32,000 nucleotides of DNA. Origin: Prochlorococcus sp. AG-409-P01 (lineage in GTDB: Bacteria > Cyanobacteriota > Cyanobacteriia > PCC-6307 > Cyanobiaceae). The stretch spans positions 1 through 32,000 of the forward strand of contig QCKM01000003.1 of NCBI GenBank assembly GCA_003215335.1, given 5' to 3'. Every line of letters begins with the position of its first letter. Positions within the stretch are counted from its first letter, which is position 1. Below the pieces are notes generated by a model. The model was not told the origin of the DNA, made no database searches, and saw only the letters and a program-made list of their open reading frames with translations. Shown here in pieces: positions 20,622 through 30,674 of this stretch. The position numbers were made by a program, and so were the translations under genes.

Positions 20622-22319
20622 TTGATAGCGTTGCTGAATTGTCTGCGTCTTGACAACATTGCGCTCATAGACTCTCTGGAGCTGAGTTTTGAGAAAGGCT
20701 TTACTGTTTTTACTGGTGAAACTGGAGCTGGGAAATCCCTACTTCTAGATGCTTTAGATGCATTGCTTGGAGGCTCAAACGGTCAAGCTGGTCTTCGATT
20801 GGTGCGTCCAGGTGTTTCTCAAGCTCATATTGAAGCTTCTTTTGCTCCAAATGTAGCTGTTGTTAAATGGTTGAATGATCAAGATTTTGATATTGAAGAT
20901 TCTGATTTGATTATTTCTAGAGAATGGAGAAAAAAAGATGATCGTTATACTTCACGTTTTAGGCTAAATGGTATATCAGTTAACAGGAACTTGATTCTTA
21001 GTCTGAGACCACTTTTAATTGACATCACAGCACAAGGTCAGACTCAGGAATTTACTAATTTATCTAAACAAAGACAGTGGTTAGATTCTCTAGGGGCAGA
21101 TGAAATACAAGCTTTATTATTAGATGTTAAAAAGCGATGGAGAGAATGGGAAACTGTTTCTTTAAGTTTGGAACAAGCAATTTCTGAGTTTGAATCTATT
21201 CAACAAAATTTTCTTGAAAAAAAAGCTTTTTTAGAAGAGCTTGATGATCAACAATTAGAAGACTCTCAAGAGATTGACAAATTAACTACTGATCAGGACC
21301 GCCTTGCAAATTTAGTTAAATTGCAAGAAGGTATTTCCTTAGTGTTGCAACGTTTGTCTGAAGACCAGAATCTGGTGCCAACGGCATTTGAACATTTAAA
21401 GCTTTCTATAAAGCAATTACAATCAATGGCTATTTTAGATCATTCATTAAACTTGCCTTTGCAAAAATGTATAGCCCTTGATTTAGATTTAGCATCTTTA
21501 ATAAATGATCTTCAACAATATGAATTTCTTTTGGAAAGCGAGCCTCTTAGGTTGCAAGAAGTACAGCAGAGACTAGATAGCTTAAAGCGTTTAGAGAAAC
21601 GGCATGGGATGTCTTTAGCTGATTTAATTGCGCAAAGAAATAGCTTAAGAGATAGTTTGGAATCATTAGATTGTGAGGACGGTATTAAGCTGTTAGAAAT
21701 TGAAGAGTATAAAGCTAGAAAAAACCGAGATTTTGCTAATCAAAAATTAACAGCTAAGCGAAAAGAAATTGCAAAAATATTTGAAGATAAAGTAAGTAAA
21801 TATTTACGATCAATGGCTTTAGAACATGTTCGCATTGAAGTTCTTGTTGATCATTGTGAACCTGGCATTCTAGGTGCTGATTCTGTTCAAGTCCTTTTTT
21901 CAGCTAATCCTGGTTTGCCGTTAGCTCCTCTTCTTGAAGTCGCTTCTGGTGGTGAAATGTCACGTTTTCTCTTGGCTTTAAAAGCGAGTATTTCTTCTTT
22001 AGATAGCCCTCTTACATTGCTCTTTGATGAAATAGATGCTGGGGTTAGTGGTCGGGTAAGCTCGGCTATTGGGTGTCTGCTCAAGGACATATCCTCTTCA
22101 CACCAAGTCTTTTGCGTCACACATCAGCCATTAGTTGCGGCTGCAGCGAATCACCATTTTTCTGTTACCAAATCAGTTCTGAATGGTGTGGTTCGATCTT
22201 CCGTTTCAGAATTGACGGATATTAATGCTCGACAGGTAGAACTTGCTGAATTAGCAGGTGGCGATCATGTCAAAGCTAAGCATTATGCGGCCAGCTTGCT
22301 GGACCAACATGCAGCATAA
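20622..22319 (+). CDS. recN: DNA repair protein RecN
   Basis: 565 aa. It has Walker A GETGAGKS, a long coiled-coil middle, the signature SGGEMSR and Walker B LLFDEIDAGVSG. The start is uncertain: TTG at 20622 or TTG at 20631. Confidence 0.93.
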   Translation: MIALLNCLRLDNIALIDSLELSFEKGFTVFTGETGAGKSLLLDALDALLGGSNGQAGLRLVRPGVSQAHIEASFAPNVAVVKWLNDQDFDIEDSDLIISREWRKKDDRYTSRFRLNGISVNRNLILSLRPLLIDITAQGQTQEFTNLSKQRQWLDSLGADEIQALLLDVKKRWREWETVSLSLEQAISEFESIQQNFLEKKAFLEELDDQQLEDSQEIDKLTTDQDRLANLVKLQEGISLVLQRLSEDQNLVPTAFEHLKLSIKQLQSMAILDHSLNLPLQKCIALDLDLASLINDLQQYEFLLESEPLRLQEVQQRLDSLKRLEKRHGMSLADLIAQRNSLRDSLESLDCEDGIKLLEIEEYKARKNRDFANQKLTAKRKEIAKIFEDKVSKYLRSMALEHVRIEVLVDHCEPGILGADSVQVLFSANPGLPLAPLLEVASGGEMSRFLLALKASISSLDSPLTLLFDEIDAGVSGRVSSAIGCLLKDISSSHQVFCVTHQPLVAAAANHHFSVTKSVLNGVVRSSVSELTDINARQVELAELAGGDHVKAKHYAASLLDQHAA

Positions 22320-22363
22320 GTCGGCTTGTTCTAAGTAGAATCATAGGCTGCTTTTCACGATGC

Positions 22364-25339
22364 ATGGGTAATTCTGCTTCTAAGAACAGTGATCAGTCTT
22401 TAAGCAGTTCTGTGAATTTAAGTGGTGGAACACTTGAAGAAATGATTCGTGTAAGAGGGGCACGGCAACATAATTTGAAAAATATTGATTTGACTTTCCC
22501 TAGAAATAAATTAGTTGTTTTTACTGGCGTCAGTGGTAGTGGTAAAAGTTCATTGGCTTTTGATACCATTTTTGCTGAAGGTCAGCGTCGCTATGTTGAG
22601 AGCTTGTCTACTTATGCTCGACAATTTCTAGGACAAGTCGACAAGCCAGATGTTGATGCTATTGAAGGTTTGTCTCCTGCTATATCAATTGATCAGAAGT
22701 CGACAAGTCATAATCCTCGATCAACTGTTGGCACTGTTACGGAAATCCAAGATTATTTGAGATTATTATTTGGTCGTGCTGGTGAACCTCATTGCCCTAA
22801 ATGTGATCGATCAATACGTCCACAAACAATTGATGAGATGGTTGATCAAATTCTTACGTTGCCTCAGGGTACTAGATTTCAGTTACTTGCTCCATTGGTT
22901 CGAGGAAAGAAAGGAACACATGCAAAATTGTTGAGTGGTTTAGGAGTAGAAGGTTTTGCCCGCGTGCGGATTAATGACGAAGTTAGAGAGTTGTCTGACA
23001 ACATTGAACTTGATAAAAACCATACTCATAACATTGAGGTTGTTGTCGATCGATTGATTTCAAGAGAAGGGATTCAGGAACGTTTGACTGATTCTTTGCG
23101 CACTGCTTTAAAGCGAGGTGATGGATTGGCATTGGTTGAAGTTGTTCCAAAAAAAGGAGAAAATTTGCCAGAGGGATTAGAGAGAGAACGCCTTTATTCA
23201 GAAAATTTTGCTTGTCCAGTTCATGGTTCAGTCATTGAGGAGCTTTCACCAAGATTGTTTTCATTTAATAGTCCTTATGGTGCTTGTCCTGATTGTCATG
23301 GCATAGGCCATTTGCGGAAATTTACTTTAGAAAGAGTCGTTCCAGACCCTTCTTTGCCTGTTTATGCAGCTGTTGCACCATGGAGCGAGAAAGACAATAG
23401 CTATTATTTTTCGCTTTTATATTCAGTTGGTGAGGCATTTGGCTTTGAAATTAAAACCCCTTGGAAAGAATTGAGTTTAGAGCAAAGAAATATTTTGTTG
23501 GGTGGATGTTCAGAGCCTATAAAAATTCAAGCGGATAGTCGTTTTGGAAACAGTGGTGGTTATGAACGTCCATTTGAGGGTATTTTACCAATTCTAGAGA
23601 GACAATTACGAGAGGCTAGTGGTGAGTCAGTCCGCCAAAAATTAGAAAAGTTTTTGGAATTGGTTCCTTGTTCTACCTGTTGTGGTAAACGTTTGCGTCC
23701 TGAAGCTTTAGCAGTAAAGGTTGGCCCATACAAGATTGTTGACTTGACTTCAGTCAGCGTAGATGAAGCTTTGGCTTGTATTGAGAAGTTGATGGGTGTA
23801 GGTGCTTCTAAAGATTCCGATCCTCTCCTTACGTCTCGTCAGATTCAGATTGGTGATTTGGTATTGCGTGAGATTCGAATGAGACTTCATTTTTTATTAG
23901 ATGTTGGTCTGGATTATTTGACTTTAGATCGACCTGCAATGACGCTTTCTGGAGGCGAAGCCCAACGAATCAGATTGGCAACTCAGATTGGTGCAGGACT
24001 TACTGGAGTCCTTTATGTTCTTGATGAACCAAGTATTGGTCTGCATCAGAGAGACAATGATCGATTATTGTCAACACTTAAGAGGCTTAGAGATTTAGGA
24101 AATACTTTGGTGGTTGTTGAACATGATGAGGAGACCATAAGAGCGTCGGATTATTTGGTTGATATTGGACCTGGAGCTGGTGTTCATGGTGGGGAAATAG
24201 TTGCTCAAGGCTCTGTAGAAGAACTTTTTGCTGCTGCTGATTCTTTGACTGGCGCGTATCTAAGTGGTCGCAAATCAATCCCAACCCCGAGTCTTCGTCG
24301 TAATGAAGTTTCTAGATCTCTTCGTTTGATTGATTGTGATCGGAATAATCTTAAAAACATTACTGTCGACTTTCCTTTGAGAAAGTTAGTAGCAGTGACC
24401 GGAGTTAGTGGTAGTGGCAAAAGTACTTTGGTGAATGAACTTTTGCATCCTGCTTTAAACCATTCTTTGGGTTTGAAGGTTCCATTTCCAAATGGTTTAA
24501 AGGAATTACGTGGAATTAGTTCTATAGACAAGGTCATTGTTATTGATCAATCACCGATTGGCCGTACTCCTCGCTCTAATCCTGCAACGTATACAGGTGC
24601 ATTTGATCCAATACGACAGATTTTTGCTGCTTCAATAGAAGCTAAAGCAAGGGGATATCAAGTTGGACAATTTAGCTTCAATGTAAAGGGAGGGCGATGT
24701 GAGGCTTGTCGCGGACAAGGCGTCAATGTTATTGAGATGAATTTTTTACCTGATGTATATGTTCAGTGTGATGTTTGTAAAGGTGCGCGATTTAACCGTG
24801 AGACATTACAGGTTAGATATAAAGGTCATTCTATTGCTGATGTTTTGGAGATGACTGTTGAACAGGCTGCAGATGTTTTTTCTGCTATTCCTCAGGCTGC
24901 TGATCGTTTAAGGACTTTGGTAGATGTAGGCCTTGGATATGTGAAGCTTGGTCAACCTGCTCCAACACTTTCTGGTGGAGAAGCTCAAAGGGTTAAGTTG
25001 GCTACAGAATTGTCACGTCGAGCGACCGGAAAAACTCTTTATTTAATTGATGAACCAACTACTGGTTTGAGTTTTTTTGATGTTCATAAGTTGATGGATG
25101 TGATTCAGCGTCTCGTTGACAAAGGAAATTCGGTCATTGTGATAGAGCATAATCTCGATGTGATTCGTTGCTCTGATTGGATCATTGATTTGGGACCTGA
25201 TGGAGGGAATCGTGGTGGTGAAGTTGTTGTGACTGGGACCCCAGAGCAAGTTGCTTCTCATTCGACTAGTCATACCGGACGTTATCTTAAAAAAGTTTTG
25301 AAGGCTCACCCTCCAACGCCTGTTTCTTTTGCTGCTTGA
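22364..25339 (+). CDS. uvrA: Excinuclease ABC subunit A
   Basis: 991 aa. It has two ABC modules (GVSGSGKSS and GVSGSGKST, with LSGGEAQR twice) and zinc modules CPKCDR and CEACRGQG. The true start may be the ATG at 22442 (MIRVRGARQHNLKNI). Confidence 0.97.
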   Translation: MGNSASKNSDQSLSSSVNLSGGTLEEMIRVRGARQHNLKNIDLTFPRNKLVVFTGVSGSGKSSLAFDTIFAEGQRRYVESLSTYARQFLGQVDKPDVDAIEGLSPAISIDQKSTSHNPRSTVGTVTEIQDYLRLLFGRAGEPHCPKCDRSIRPQTIDEMVDQILTLPQGTRFQLLAPLVRGKKGTHAKLLSGLGVEGFARVRINDEVRELSDNIELDKNHTHNIEVVVDRLISREGIQERLTDSLRTALKRGDGLALVEVVPKKGENLPEGLERERLYSENFACPVHGSVIEELSPRLFSFNSPYGACPDCHGIGHLRKFTLERVVPDPSLPVYAAVAPWSEKDNSYYFSLLYSVGEAFGFEIKTPWKELSLEQRNILLGGCSEPIKIQADSRFGNSGGYERPFEGILPILERQLREASGESVRQKLEKFLELVPCSTCCGKRLRPEALAVKVGPYKIVDLTSVSVDEALACIEKLMGVGASKDSDPLLTSRQIQIGDLVLREIRMRLHFLLDVGLDYLTLDRPAMTLSGGEAQRIRLATQIGAGLTGVLYVLDEPSIGLHQRDNDRLLSTLKRLRDLGNTLVVVEHDEETIRASDYLVDIGPGAGVHGGEIVAQGSVEELFAAADSLTGAYLSGRKSIPTPSLRRNEVSRSLRLIDCDRNNLKNITVDFPLRKLVAVTGVSGSGKSTLVNELLHPALNHSLGLKVPFPNGLKELRGISSIDKVIVIDQSPIGRTPRSNPATYTGAFDPIRQIFAASIEAKARGYQVGQFSFNVKGGRCEACRGQGVNVIEMNFLPDVYVQCDVCKGARFNRETLQVRYKGHSIADVLEMTVEQAADVFSAIPQAADRLRTLVDVGLGYVKLGQPAPTLSGGEAQRVKLATELSRRATGKTLYLIDEPTTGLSFFDVHKLMDVIQRLVDKGNSVIVIEHNLDVIRCSDWIIDLGPDGGNRGGEVVVTGTPEQVASHSTSHTGRYLKKVLKAHPPTPVSFAA

Positions 25340-25625
25340 TTTTGTTATTTGTTTCTAGCGCTTGTCTAATGTTGATTTGTGGTTCCATTTAAGATATTTC
25401 TCAGAGATTTTTAAGATTGCTATTGGTTGCCCATCTCTTTTTGGTAGTAGAAAGCTTTGCAATTCGCCATGTTTCAATTTAGTGTTAAAAACACTTTGGA
25501 CCCATAAGCCAGTAATAGCAACCAATCTCGACGAATTGACAAATCCACCGTGGATATTCTTAGGCTTTCTTTAGGTTTCCAAGGCAAAAAGTCTATTAGT
25601 TATTTGATGTTTATTTTGGTCTTGG

Positions 25626-27737
25626 ATGGGTTTTAAAATCCTACATTTGCACCTCCATGGCCTTTTTCGTTCACATGATCTGGAATTAGGGCGTGATGCA
25701 GATACTGGTGGTCAGACTCTTTATGTTCTTGAATTGATTAGGGGGTTGGCTTCTCGGCCAGAAGTTGATCGGGTCGATTTAGTAACTAGGTTGATTTCTG
25801 ACCGTAAAGTTTCTTCTGATTACTCTCAGCCAAGGGAAGTAATTGCTCCTGGAGCAAATATTTTACGAGTCCCCTTTGGTCCTAAGAGATATTTACGGAA
25901 AGAATTGCTTTGGCCTTATTTGGATGACTTGGCTGATCTTCTAGTCAAGATACTTCAGGAGGAGGGTCTTCCTGATTGGATACATGCACATTATGCAGAT
26001 GCTGGCTATGTGGGTGCATTAGTTAGTAGAAGACTTGGGATACCTTTAGTTTTTACTGGACATTCTTTGGGTCGAGAGAAACAGAGAAGGCTTCTTGCTG
26101 ATGGTATGGATCATGAACAAATTGAGCAAACCTATTCTATTAGTAGACGTATTGATGCAGAAGAGTTTGTTTTAGCTCATTCAAGCTTGGTGATCACTAG
26201 TACTCGGCAAGAATCTGAAAATCAATATTCTAGATATGGAAGATTTGTTTCTGATTGTTCTGAGGTTGTTGCTCCCGGTGTTGATTCAAGTCGCTTTCAT
26301 CCATGTCATTCATTGTCCGAAACAAGCCTTGTGGACGAATTGTTGTCGCCTTATTTGCGAGAACCAAACTTGCCTCCCTTGTTAGCTATCTCCAGAGCTG
26401 TTCGACGTAAGAATATTCCAGCTTTGGTTGAGGCATATGGACGTTCACCTGTTCTACGTCAACGGCACAATCTTATTTTGGTACTTGGGTGTCGGAATGA
26501 TCTTAGGCAGCTAGATAAACAGCAACGTGAGGTTTTTCAGCAAATTTTTGATTTAGTAGATCGTTATGATTTATATGGTCAAGTAGCTTATCCAAAAAGA
26601 CATCGTAGAGATCAAATCCCATCTGTTTATCGTTGGGCTGCTTATCGACGCGGGTTATTCGTTAATTCAGCATTGACTGAGCCATTTGGCCTCACTTTAC
26701 TTGAGGCTGCTGCGTCTGGACTTCCAATGGTTGCTACAGATGATGGTGGGCCAAGAGATATTTTGGCGCGTTGTGAAAATGGATTATTAGCTGATGTCAC
26801 AGATTTGGATTCATTTCAAGACTCTCTTGAACAAGCTGGGTCTGACCATGCTCAATGGAAGCGTTGGAGTAATCATGGGATAGAGGCTGTAAGTCGTCAT
26901 TTCAGTTGGGATGCTCATGTAAGTCGCTATTTGGCTTTAATGCAAAAGCGTTTAAAGGCAAATAATGCAAAAGTTTTTGCTAAGGATGTGGTTAATCCTC
27001 TAGGTAAGAGTTTGTTGCTTCTTGATCTGGATAGCACTTTGGAAGAGCCAGAGAAGGAAGGTTTGTTTGAATTAAGGAATACTTTGGAGGCGATAGAAAG
27101 AAAAGGTGAAAATGGTTTTGGGATTTTGACTGGTCGATCTATTAAGGCAGCACGTTACAGATATGCTGAATTGCATTTACCTCAACCACAAGTTTGGATT
27201 ACTTCTGCTGGCACAGAGATTTATTATGGTTTAGAAGAGCAGTCTGATATTTTTTGGGAATCCTCTATAGGGTCAAATTGGGATCTGAAGGGAGTCCAAA
27301 CAGCTTTGGTGGACCTTAAGGATTACTTAGTGCTACAGGAACAGGAACGTCAAGGTCCTTTTAAGGTGAGTTATCTTTTAAAGGAACCAGGAGAAGCAAT
27401 TTTACCTTTGGTACGTAAGCGTTTAAGGCAGCGTGGTCAAGCTGCCTTGCCATATGTGCGATGTCATTGGTATTTGGATGTTGTTCCTATTCGTGCATCA
27501 AGAACTGAAGCGATTAGACACCTTGCTCTTCGATGGAAATTACCTCTTGAGCAAGTTGTAGTTGTAGCTAGTCAGCATGGTGATGCCGAATTGCTTAGAG
27601 GTTTGACTTCGGTTGTTGTCCCTTTTGGTTATGACAATTGTTTAGAGGGATTGAGAAACCAGCAAAGGGTATTTTTTGCCCCTTCTTCTGATCTGAAAGG
27701 TGTTTTGGAAGGTTTGGGTCACTATCGATTTTGTTGA
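25626..27737 (+). CDS. sps: Sucrose-phosphate synthase with a GT-B glycosyltransferase domain fused to a C-terminal SPP-like HAD domain
   Basis: 703 aa. The GT domain has DTGGQTLYVLEL and EPFGLTLLEAAASGLPMVATDDGGPRDI. The C-terminal domain has DLDST (27024-27038), TGRS (27129-27140), KVSY and GDAE. Confidence 0.92.
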   Translation: MGFKILHLHLHGLFRSHDLELGRDADTGGQTLYVLELIRGLASRPEVDRVDLVTRLISDRKVSSDYSQPREVIAPGANILRVPFGPKRYLRKELLWPYLDDLADLLVKILQEEGLPDWIHAHYADAGYVGALVSRRLGIPLVFTGHSLGREKQRRLLADGMDHEQIEQTYSISRRIDAEEFVLAHSSLVITSTRQESENQYSRYGRFVSDCSEVVAPGVDSSRFHPCHSLSETSLVDELLSPYLREPNLPPLLAISRAVRRKNIPALVEAYGRSPVLRQRHNLILVLGCRNDLRQLDKQQREVFQQIFDLVDRYDLYGQVAYPKRHRRDQIPSVYRWAAYRRGLFVNSALTEPFGLTLLEAAASGLPMVATDDGGPRDILARCENGLLADVTDLDSFQDSLEQAGSDHAQWKRWSNHGIEAVSRHFSWDAHVSRYLALMQKRLKANNAKVFAKDVVNPLGKSLLLLDLDSTLEEPEKEGLFELRNTLEAIERKGENGFGILTGRSIKAARYRYAELHLPQPQVWITSAGTEIYYGLEEQSDIFWESSIGSNWDLKGVQTALVDLKDYLVLQEQERQGPFKVSYLLKEPGEAILPLVRKRLRQRGQAALPYVRCHWYLDVVPIRASRTEAIRHLALRWKLPLEQVVVVASQHGDAELLRGLTSVVVPFGYDNCLEGLRNQQRVFFAPSSDLKGVLEGLGHYRFC

Positions 27738-27738
27738 A

Positions 27739-28920
27739 CTAATTAGTTGACAGATTGTTTTCTTTTATTTGAATCGCTGCTGCCGCCTTGTCTGCTTTGT
27801 TTTGTGCTTCTTCTATATTTTCTCCTTGTGCTAGTGCTACACCCATACGACGACCTGGCTTCGCATTTGGCTTGCCAAATATCAACACTTTAGTATTTGC
27901 CTCAGATAATGCTTTTTCTATCCCTTCATATGCGACAGAAGAATAATTATGAGTTGCCAAGATAACTCTACTTGCAGAGGCTTGAACTGTTGTGATTTCT
28001 GGTATTGGAATACCAAGTATTGCTCGCAAATGGAGTTCAAATTCATTTAGGTTTTGACTCATGATGGTCACCAGACCTGTGTCGTGTGGTCTTGGTGATA
28101 GCTCCGAAAAGATTACTTCTTCTCCACGAATAAAGAATTCCACACCAAACAAACCTCTTCCTCCAAGATTGTTTGTGATATGGCGTGCCATTTCTTGAGC
28201 TTTTTTAAGCTGCTTAAGATCTATTTTTGCTGGTTGCCAGCTGCATTGATAGTCTCCTTGAACTTGTTGATGTCCAATTGGCTTACAGAAAATCGTGTCA
28301 CCATTTTTTTGTCTAATTGTTAGTAGTGTTATTTCAAAATCAAAATCTATAAATTCTTCTACTATTACTTGCTTTGATTTTCCCCTGGAACCTTTTATTG
28401 CTTTGTTCCATGCTTCAGGAAGGCCTTCTGGTGTTTTGACTAGGCTTTGACCCTTCCCTGAAGAACTCATTACTGGTTTGACTATTACGGGCCATCCAAG
28501 AGGGATTGCTGCATTTTGTAACTCTGCCGCATTAGATGCGTAAGCAAAACGTGCTGTTTGTACTCCTAATGTGTTTGCTGCTAGGTTTCTGATTTGGTCA
28601 CGGTTCATTGTGACTGCTGTTGCTCGCGCCGTCGGGATAATTGTGATTCCTTGGCTTTCAAGCTCTGCCAAGGCTTCTACTGCCAAAGCTTCAATTTCTG
28701 GAATTACTAAATCAGGTTGATGATGCAGTATTGCCTTTTTTAACTCTGCTGAATTCGTCATGTCAAAGACTTCTGCTTTGTCCGCGATTTGCATTGCAGG
28801 AGCATTTGCATAGCGATCACATGCGATCACTTTGCACCCCAGTCTTTTCGCTGCAATTACAATTTCTTTGCCTAGTTCCCCACTGCCAAGTAGCATTAAT
28901 GTTGTTGGATAGGTAGCCAT
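27739..28920 (-). CDS. purT: Formate-dependent phosphoribosylglycinamide formyltransferase (GAR transformylase 2)
   Basis: 393 aa. It has an ATP-grasp fold, the N-terminus LMLLGSGELGKE, and VKPVMSSSGKGQS, and is collinear with PurT. Confidence 0.94.
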   Translation of the reverse strand: MATYPTTLMLLGSGELGKEIVIAAKRLGCKVIACDRYANAPAMQIADKAEVFDMTNSAELKKAILHHQPDLVIPEIEALAVEALAELESQGITIIPTARATAVTMNRDQIRNLAANTLGVQTARFAYASNAAELQNAAIPLGWPVIVKPVMSSSGKGQSLVKTPEGLPEAWNKAIKGSRGKSKQVIVEEFIDFDFEITLLTIRQKNGDTIFCKPIGHQQVQGDYQCSWQPAKIDLKQLKKAQEMARHITNNLGGRGLFGVEFFIRGEEVIFSELSPRPHDTGLVTIMSQNLNEFELHLRAILGIPIPEITTVQASASRVILATHNYSSVAYEGIEKALSEANTKVLIFGKPNAKPGRRMGVALAQGENIEEAQNKADKAAAAIQIKENNLSTN

Positions 28921-28926
28921 AGTCGA

Positions 28927-29166
28927 TTAATTGTCGATAATTTGTAGTTGTTTGTATGGTGGTTCTTCATTGATGAAGCCCCATGCTTCAAAGATTGAAG
29001 GGTCGGGATGAGTGATTAGTTGTGTTTTTTTGTCGTTTTTTAGTTTGAACCCTTCTTTAGCCATGCGACGCATAAGATTCGCTGACTCTTCAAATCGCTG
29101 TGCCATAGCTTCAAGGCTGACACAATCCTGAGTAAGTCCGGCTTCTTTCCATGTGAAGTAGCTCAT
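28927..29166 (-). CDS. Small conserved hypothetical protein (79 aa)
   Basis: It has an ATG start and lies 6 nt from the mraY stop and 6 nt from the purT start. Its composition looks like a normal soluble protein. I recognise no domain. Confidence 0.6.
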   Translation of the reverse strand: MSYFTWKEAGLTQDCVSLEAMAQRFEESANLMRRMAKEGFKLKNDKKTQLITHPDPSIFEAWGFINEEPPYKQLQIIDN

Positions 29167-29172
29167 GAATTT

Positions 29173-30291
29173 TTAAAATGTAGTAGGAATTAATAGTCCT
29201 AGAAGTACTAATCCACTGGTCACTAGCCAAAAGTTTGTGACGATTCTTGCTTCATTCATTCCAGTCAGTTCAAAGTGGTGATGCAATGGGGACATCTTCA
29301 AGACTCGTAGACCTTTTCCATAGATCTTTTTTGTGATTTTGAAAATCCATACTTGAATGATTACAGATATGGATTCTGCAACAAAGACTCCACCCATGAT
29401 GAATAATCCCCAGAGGTTATTAGATAGAAGAGCAACAGCGCTGAGACAGCCTCCAATAGCTAGAGATCCAGCATCACCCATAAATATTTTTGCAGGATTT
29501 TTATTTTGACTTAAAAACCCAAGCCATGTTCCTGCCATTGCTATACAGAATCCTGCTAGAGCAGCATCTTCTTGATTGCCTCTAAGCATCAATTGAATGG
29601 CTAATCCAGTGGCAACCAATGCACCACAACCACTGGCCATTCCATCTAAACCATCGTTCAGATTTGTCGAATTACTTTCTGCTAAGAACACGAATAGGGC
29701 TATTGGCCATATCAAACCTTCGGCTTGTATGGAGTTCCCTAATGGCAATGAAATGCTTGTATCTATCCAGCCTTGTAATCCTGCCCATATAAGGAAAGGC
29801 ATAGCCCCAATTGCTTGAAGCAGAAGTTTTTTATTGGGTGTCAGGCCTTTATTTTTTTTACTTTTTAAGCTTTGCCAGTCATCTAGGACCCCTATCAGCA
29901 TATAAGTAAAGGTTAAAAGGCTGACCGCTAAGAGTTGTTCTGTATTCCCTTTTTGAATATTGAAAAGGCTTCCAATCATTACTCCTAAAGGAATAATGAT
30001 TAGTCCACCCATTGTGGGGGTGCCTGCTTTTTGAAGATGTTCTTTAGGACCTTCTTCTCTAATTAATTGCTTGATTTTTAAAGCTTTTAGCTTGGGGATA
30101 CTCCACCATGTGAATATTCCTGATGCCAATGCAGATAACGCTAGAGGAATACTTAGGTTGGAATTTGGCAATAATTGATCTGTTAAAAAGCATGCGATCA
30201 GAATAGAAGCTGATAGGAAGGACGCCGAGATTTTTCCATGAACCTTTAAAGCAGTTTTTTTAGTCTTTAACTGCGTAGTAGAGCTCTTCAC
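29173..30291 (-). CDS. mraY: Phospho-N-acetylmuramoyl-pentapeptide transferase
   Basis: 372 aa with a GTG start. It is a polytopic membrane protein with NLNDGLDGMA, the Asp-Asp region VLDDW and PLHHHFEL. Confidence 0.95.
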   Translation of the reverse strand: MKSSTTQLKTKKTALKVHGKISASFLSASILIACFLTDQLLPNSNLSIPLALSALASGIFTWWSIPKLKALKIKQLIREEGPKEHLQKAGTPTMGGLIIIPLGVMIGSLFNIQKGNTEQLLAVSLLTFTYMLIGVLDDWQSLKSKKNKGLTPNKKLLLQAIGAMPFLIWAGLQGWIDTSISLPLGNSIQAEGLIWPIALFVFLAESNSTNLNDGLDGMASGCGALVATGLAIQLMLRGNQEDAALAGFCIAMAGTWLGFLSQNKNPAKIFMGDAGSLAIGGCLSAVALLSNNLWGLFIMGGVFVAESISVIIQVWIFKITKKIYGKGLRVLKMSPLHHHFELTGMNEARIVTNFWLVTSGLVLLGLLIPTTF

Positions 30292-30345
30292 TTTAGATTT
30301 TATTAAGCTATATGTTTAAAGCATTTTTAGTTTTATTTTGGATAT

Positions 30346-30651
30346 TTAATCTTCCCAAGCTTCTTCTGTCTGTTCGTCTTCGGCTTTATAGTCTTCTTTT
30401 TCTCCCATCAGGGCAGAGAGTTCTTCTTCTTCAACTGTGCTGACTTCTGGCGAAGTTGACTCTTCGTCTGCCACAAGTCTTCCACTGGCTTCTAGCCACG
30501 TAAGGAGATCTGGTTCTTCTCTGAGAGGGAGGACTGGTGCTGGCTCTTTTCGTCCATAGCGTGTGAGTGCTGGATTAATGCCATCGAGTGAACTCAGATT
30601 GACTTTATTCAGACCGCTCATTTTGGAATTTTCCTCTAGATCTGTAAACAT
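30346..30651 (-). CDS. Small acidic conserved hypothetical protein (resembles cyanobacterial DUF3134)
   Basis: 101 aa. The core is NPALTRYGRKEPAPVLPLREEPDLLTWLEASGRLV, followed by a Glu/Asp-rich tail. The family assignment is from memory. An alternative start is the ATG at 30621. Confidence 0.65.
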   Translation of the reverse strand: MFTDLEENSKMSGLNKVNLSSLDGINPALTRYGRKEPAPVLPLREEPDLLTWLEASGRLVADEESTSPEVSTVEEEELSALMGEKEDYKAEDEQTEEAWED

Positions 30652-30674
30652 AGTTCATTGACTTCATTAATGGC

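Noticed and set aside
22320-22363. A possible LexA/SOS box upstream of uvrA (TTCTA-ag-TAGAA at about 22330-22341).
   Set aside because: It has only 5-bp arms and does not match the cyanobacterial LexA consensus or the Cheo-box GAAC-N4-GTTC arrangement as I remember them.
25362-25574. A 70-aa ORF in the 286-nt uvrA-sps intergenic region.
   Set aside because: It has a TTG start and an odd composition, and it fills what is most simply the sps promoter and 5' UTR. A 9-bp inverted repeat there (25422-25430 with 25518-25526) and the palindrome TCCACcGTGGA (25544-25554) are within chance expectation.
27737-27748. A 12-nt palindrome, AACTAATTAGTT, spanning the sps and purT stop codons.
   Set aside because: It is AT-rich and has no loop, so it cannot form a hairpin. 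By my rough estimate about ten such 12-nt palindromes are expected by chance in 32 kb.
624-29818. The remaining short track ORFs (60-131 aa) nested inside or antisense to the large genes. Examples are 624..845, 1218..1412, 2233..2560, 3748..3942, 5442..6057, 6061..6291, 8695..9738, 10075..10299, 10561..10767, 11968..12153, 17301..17783, 18607..18801, 19001..19240, 21887..22120, 24087..24537, 25043..25309, 28731..28916 and 29597..29818.
   Set aside because: Each lies wholly within a confidently identified CDS in a different frame or on the opposite strand. All have low-complexity or biased composition and no recognisable motifs, as is typical of shadow ORFs.
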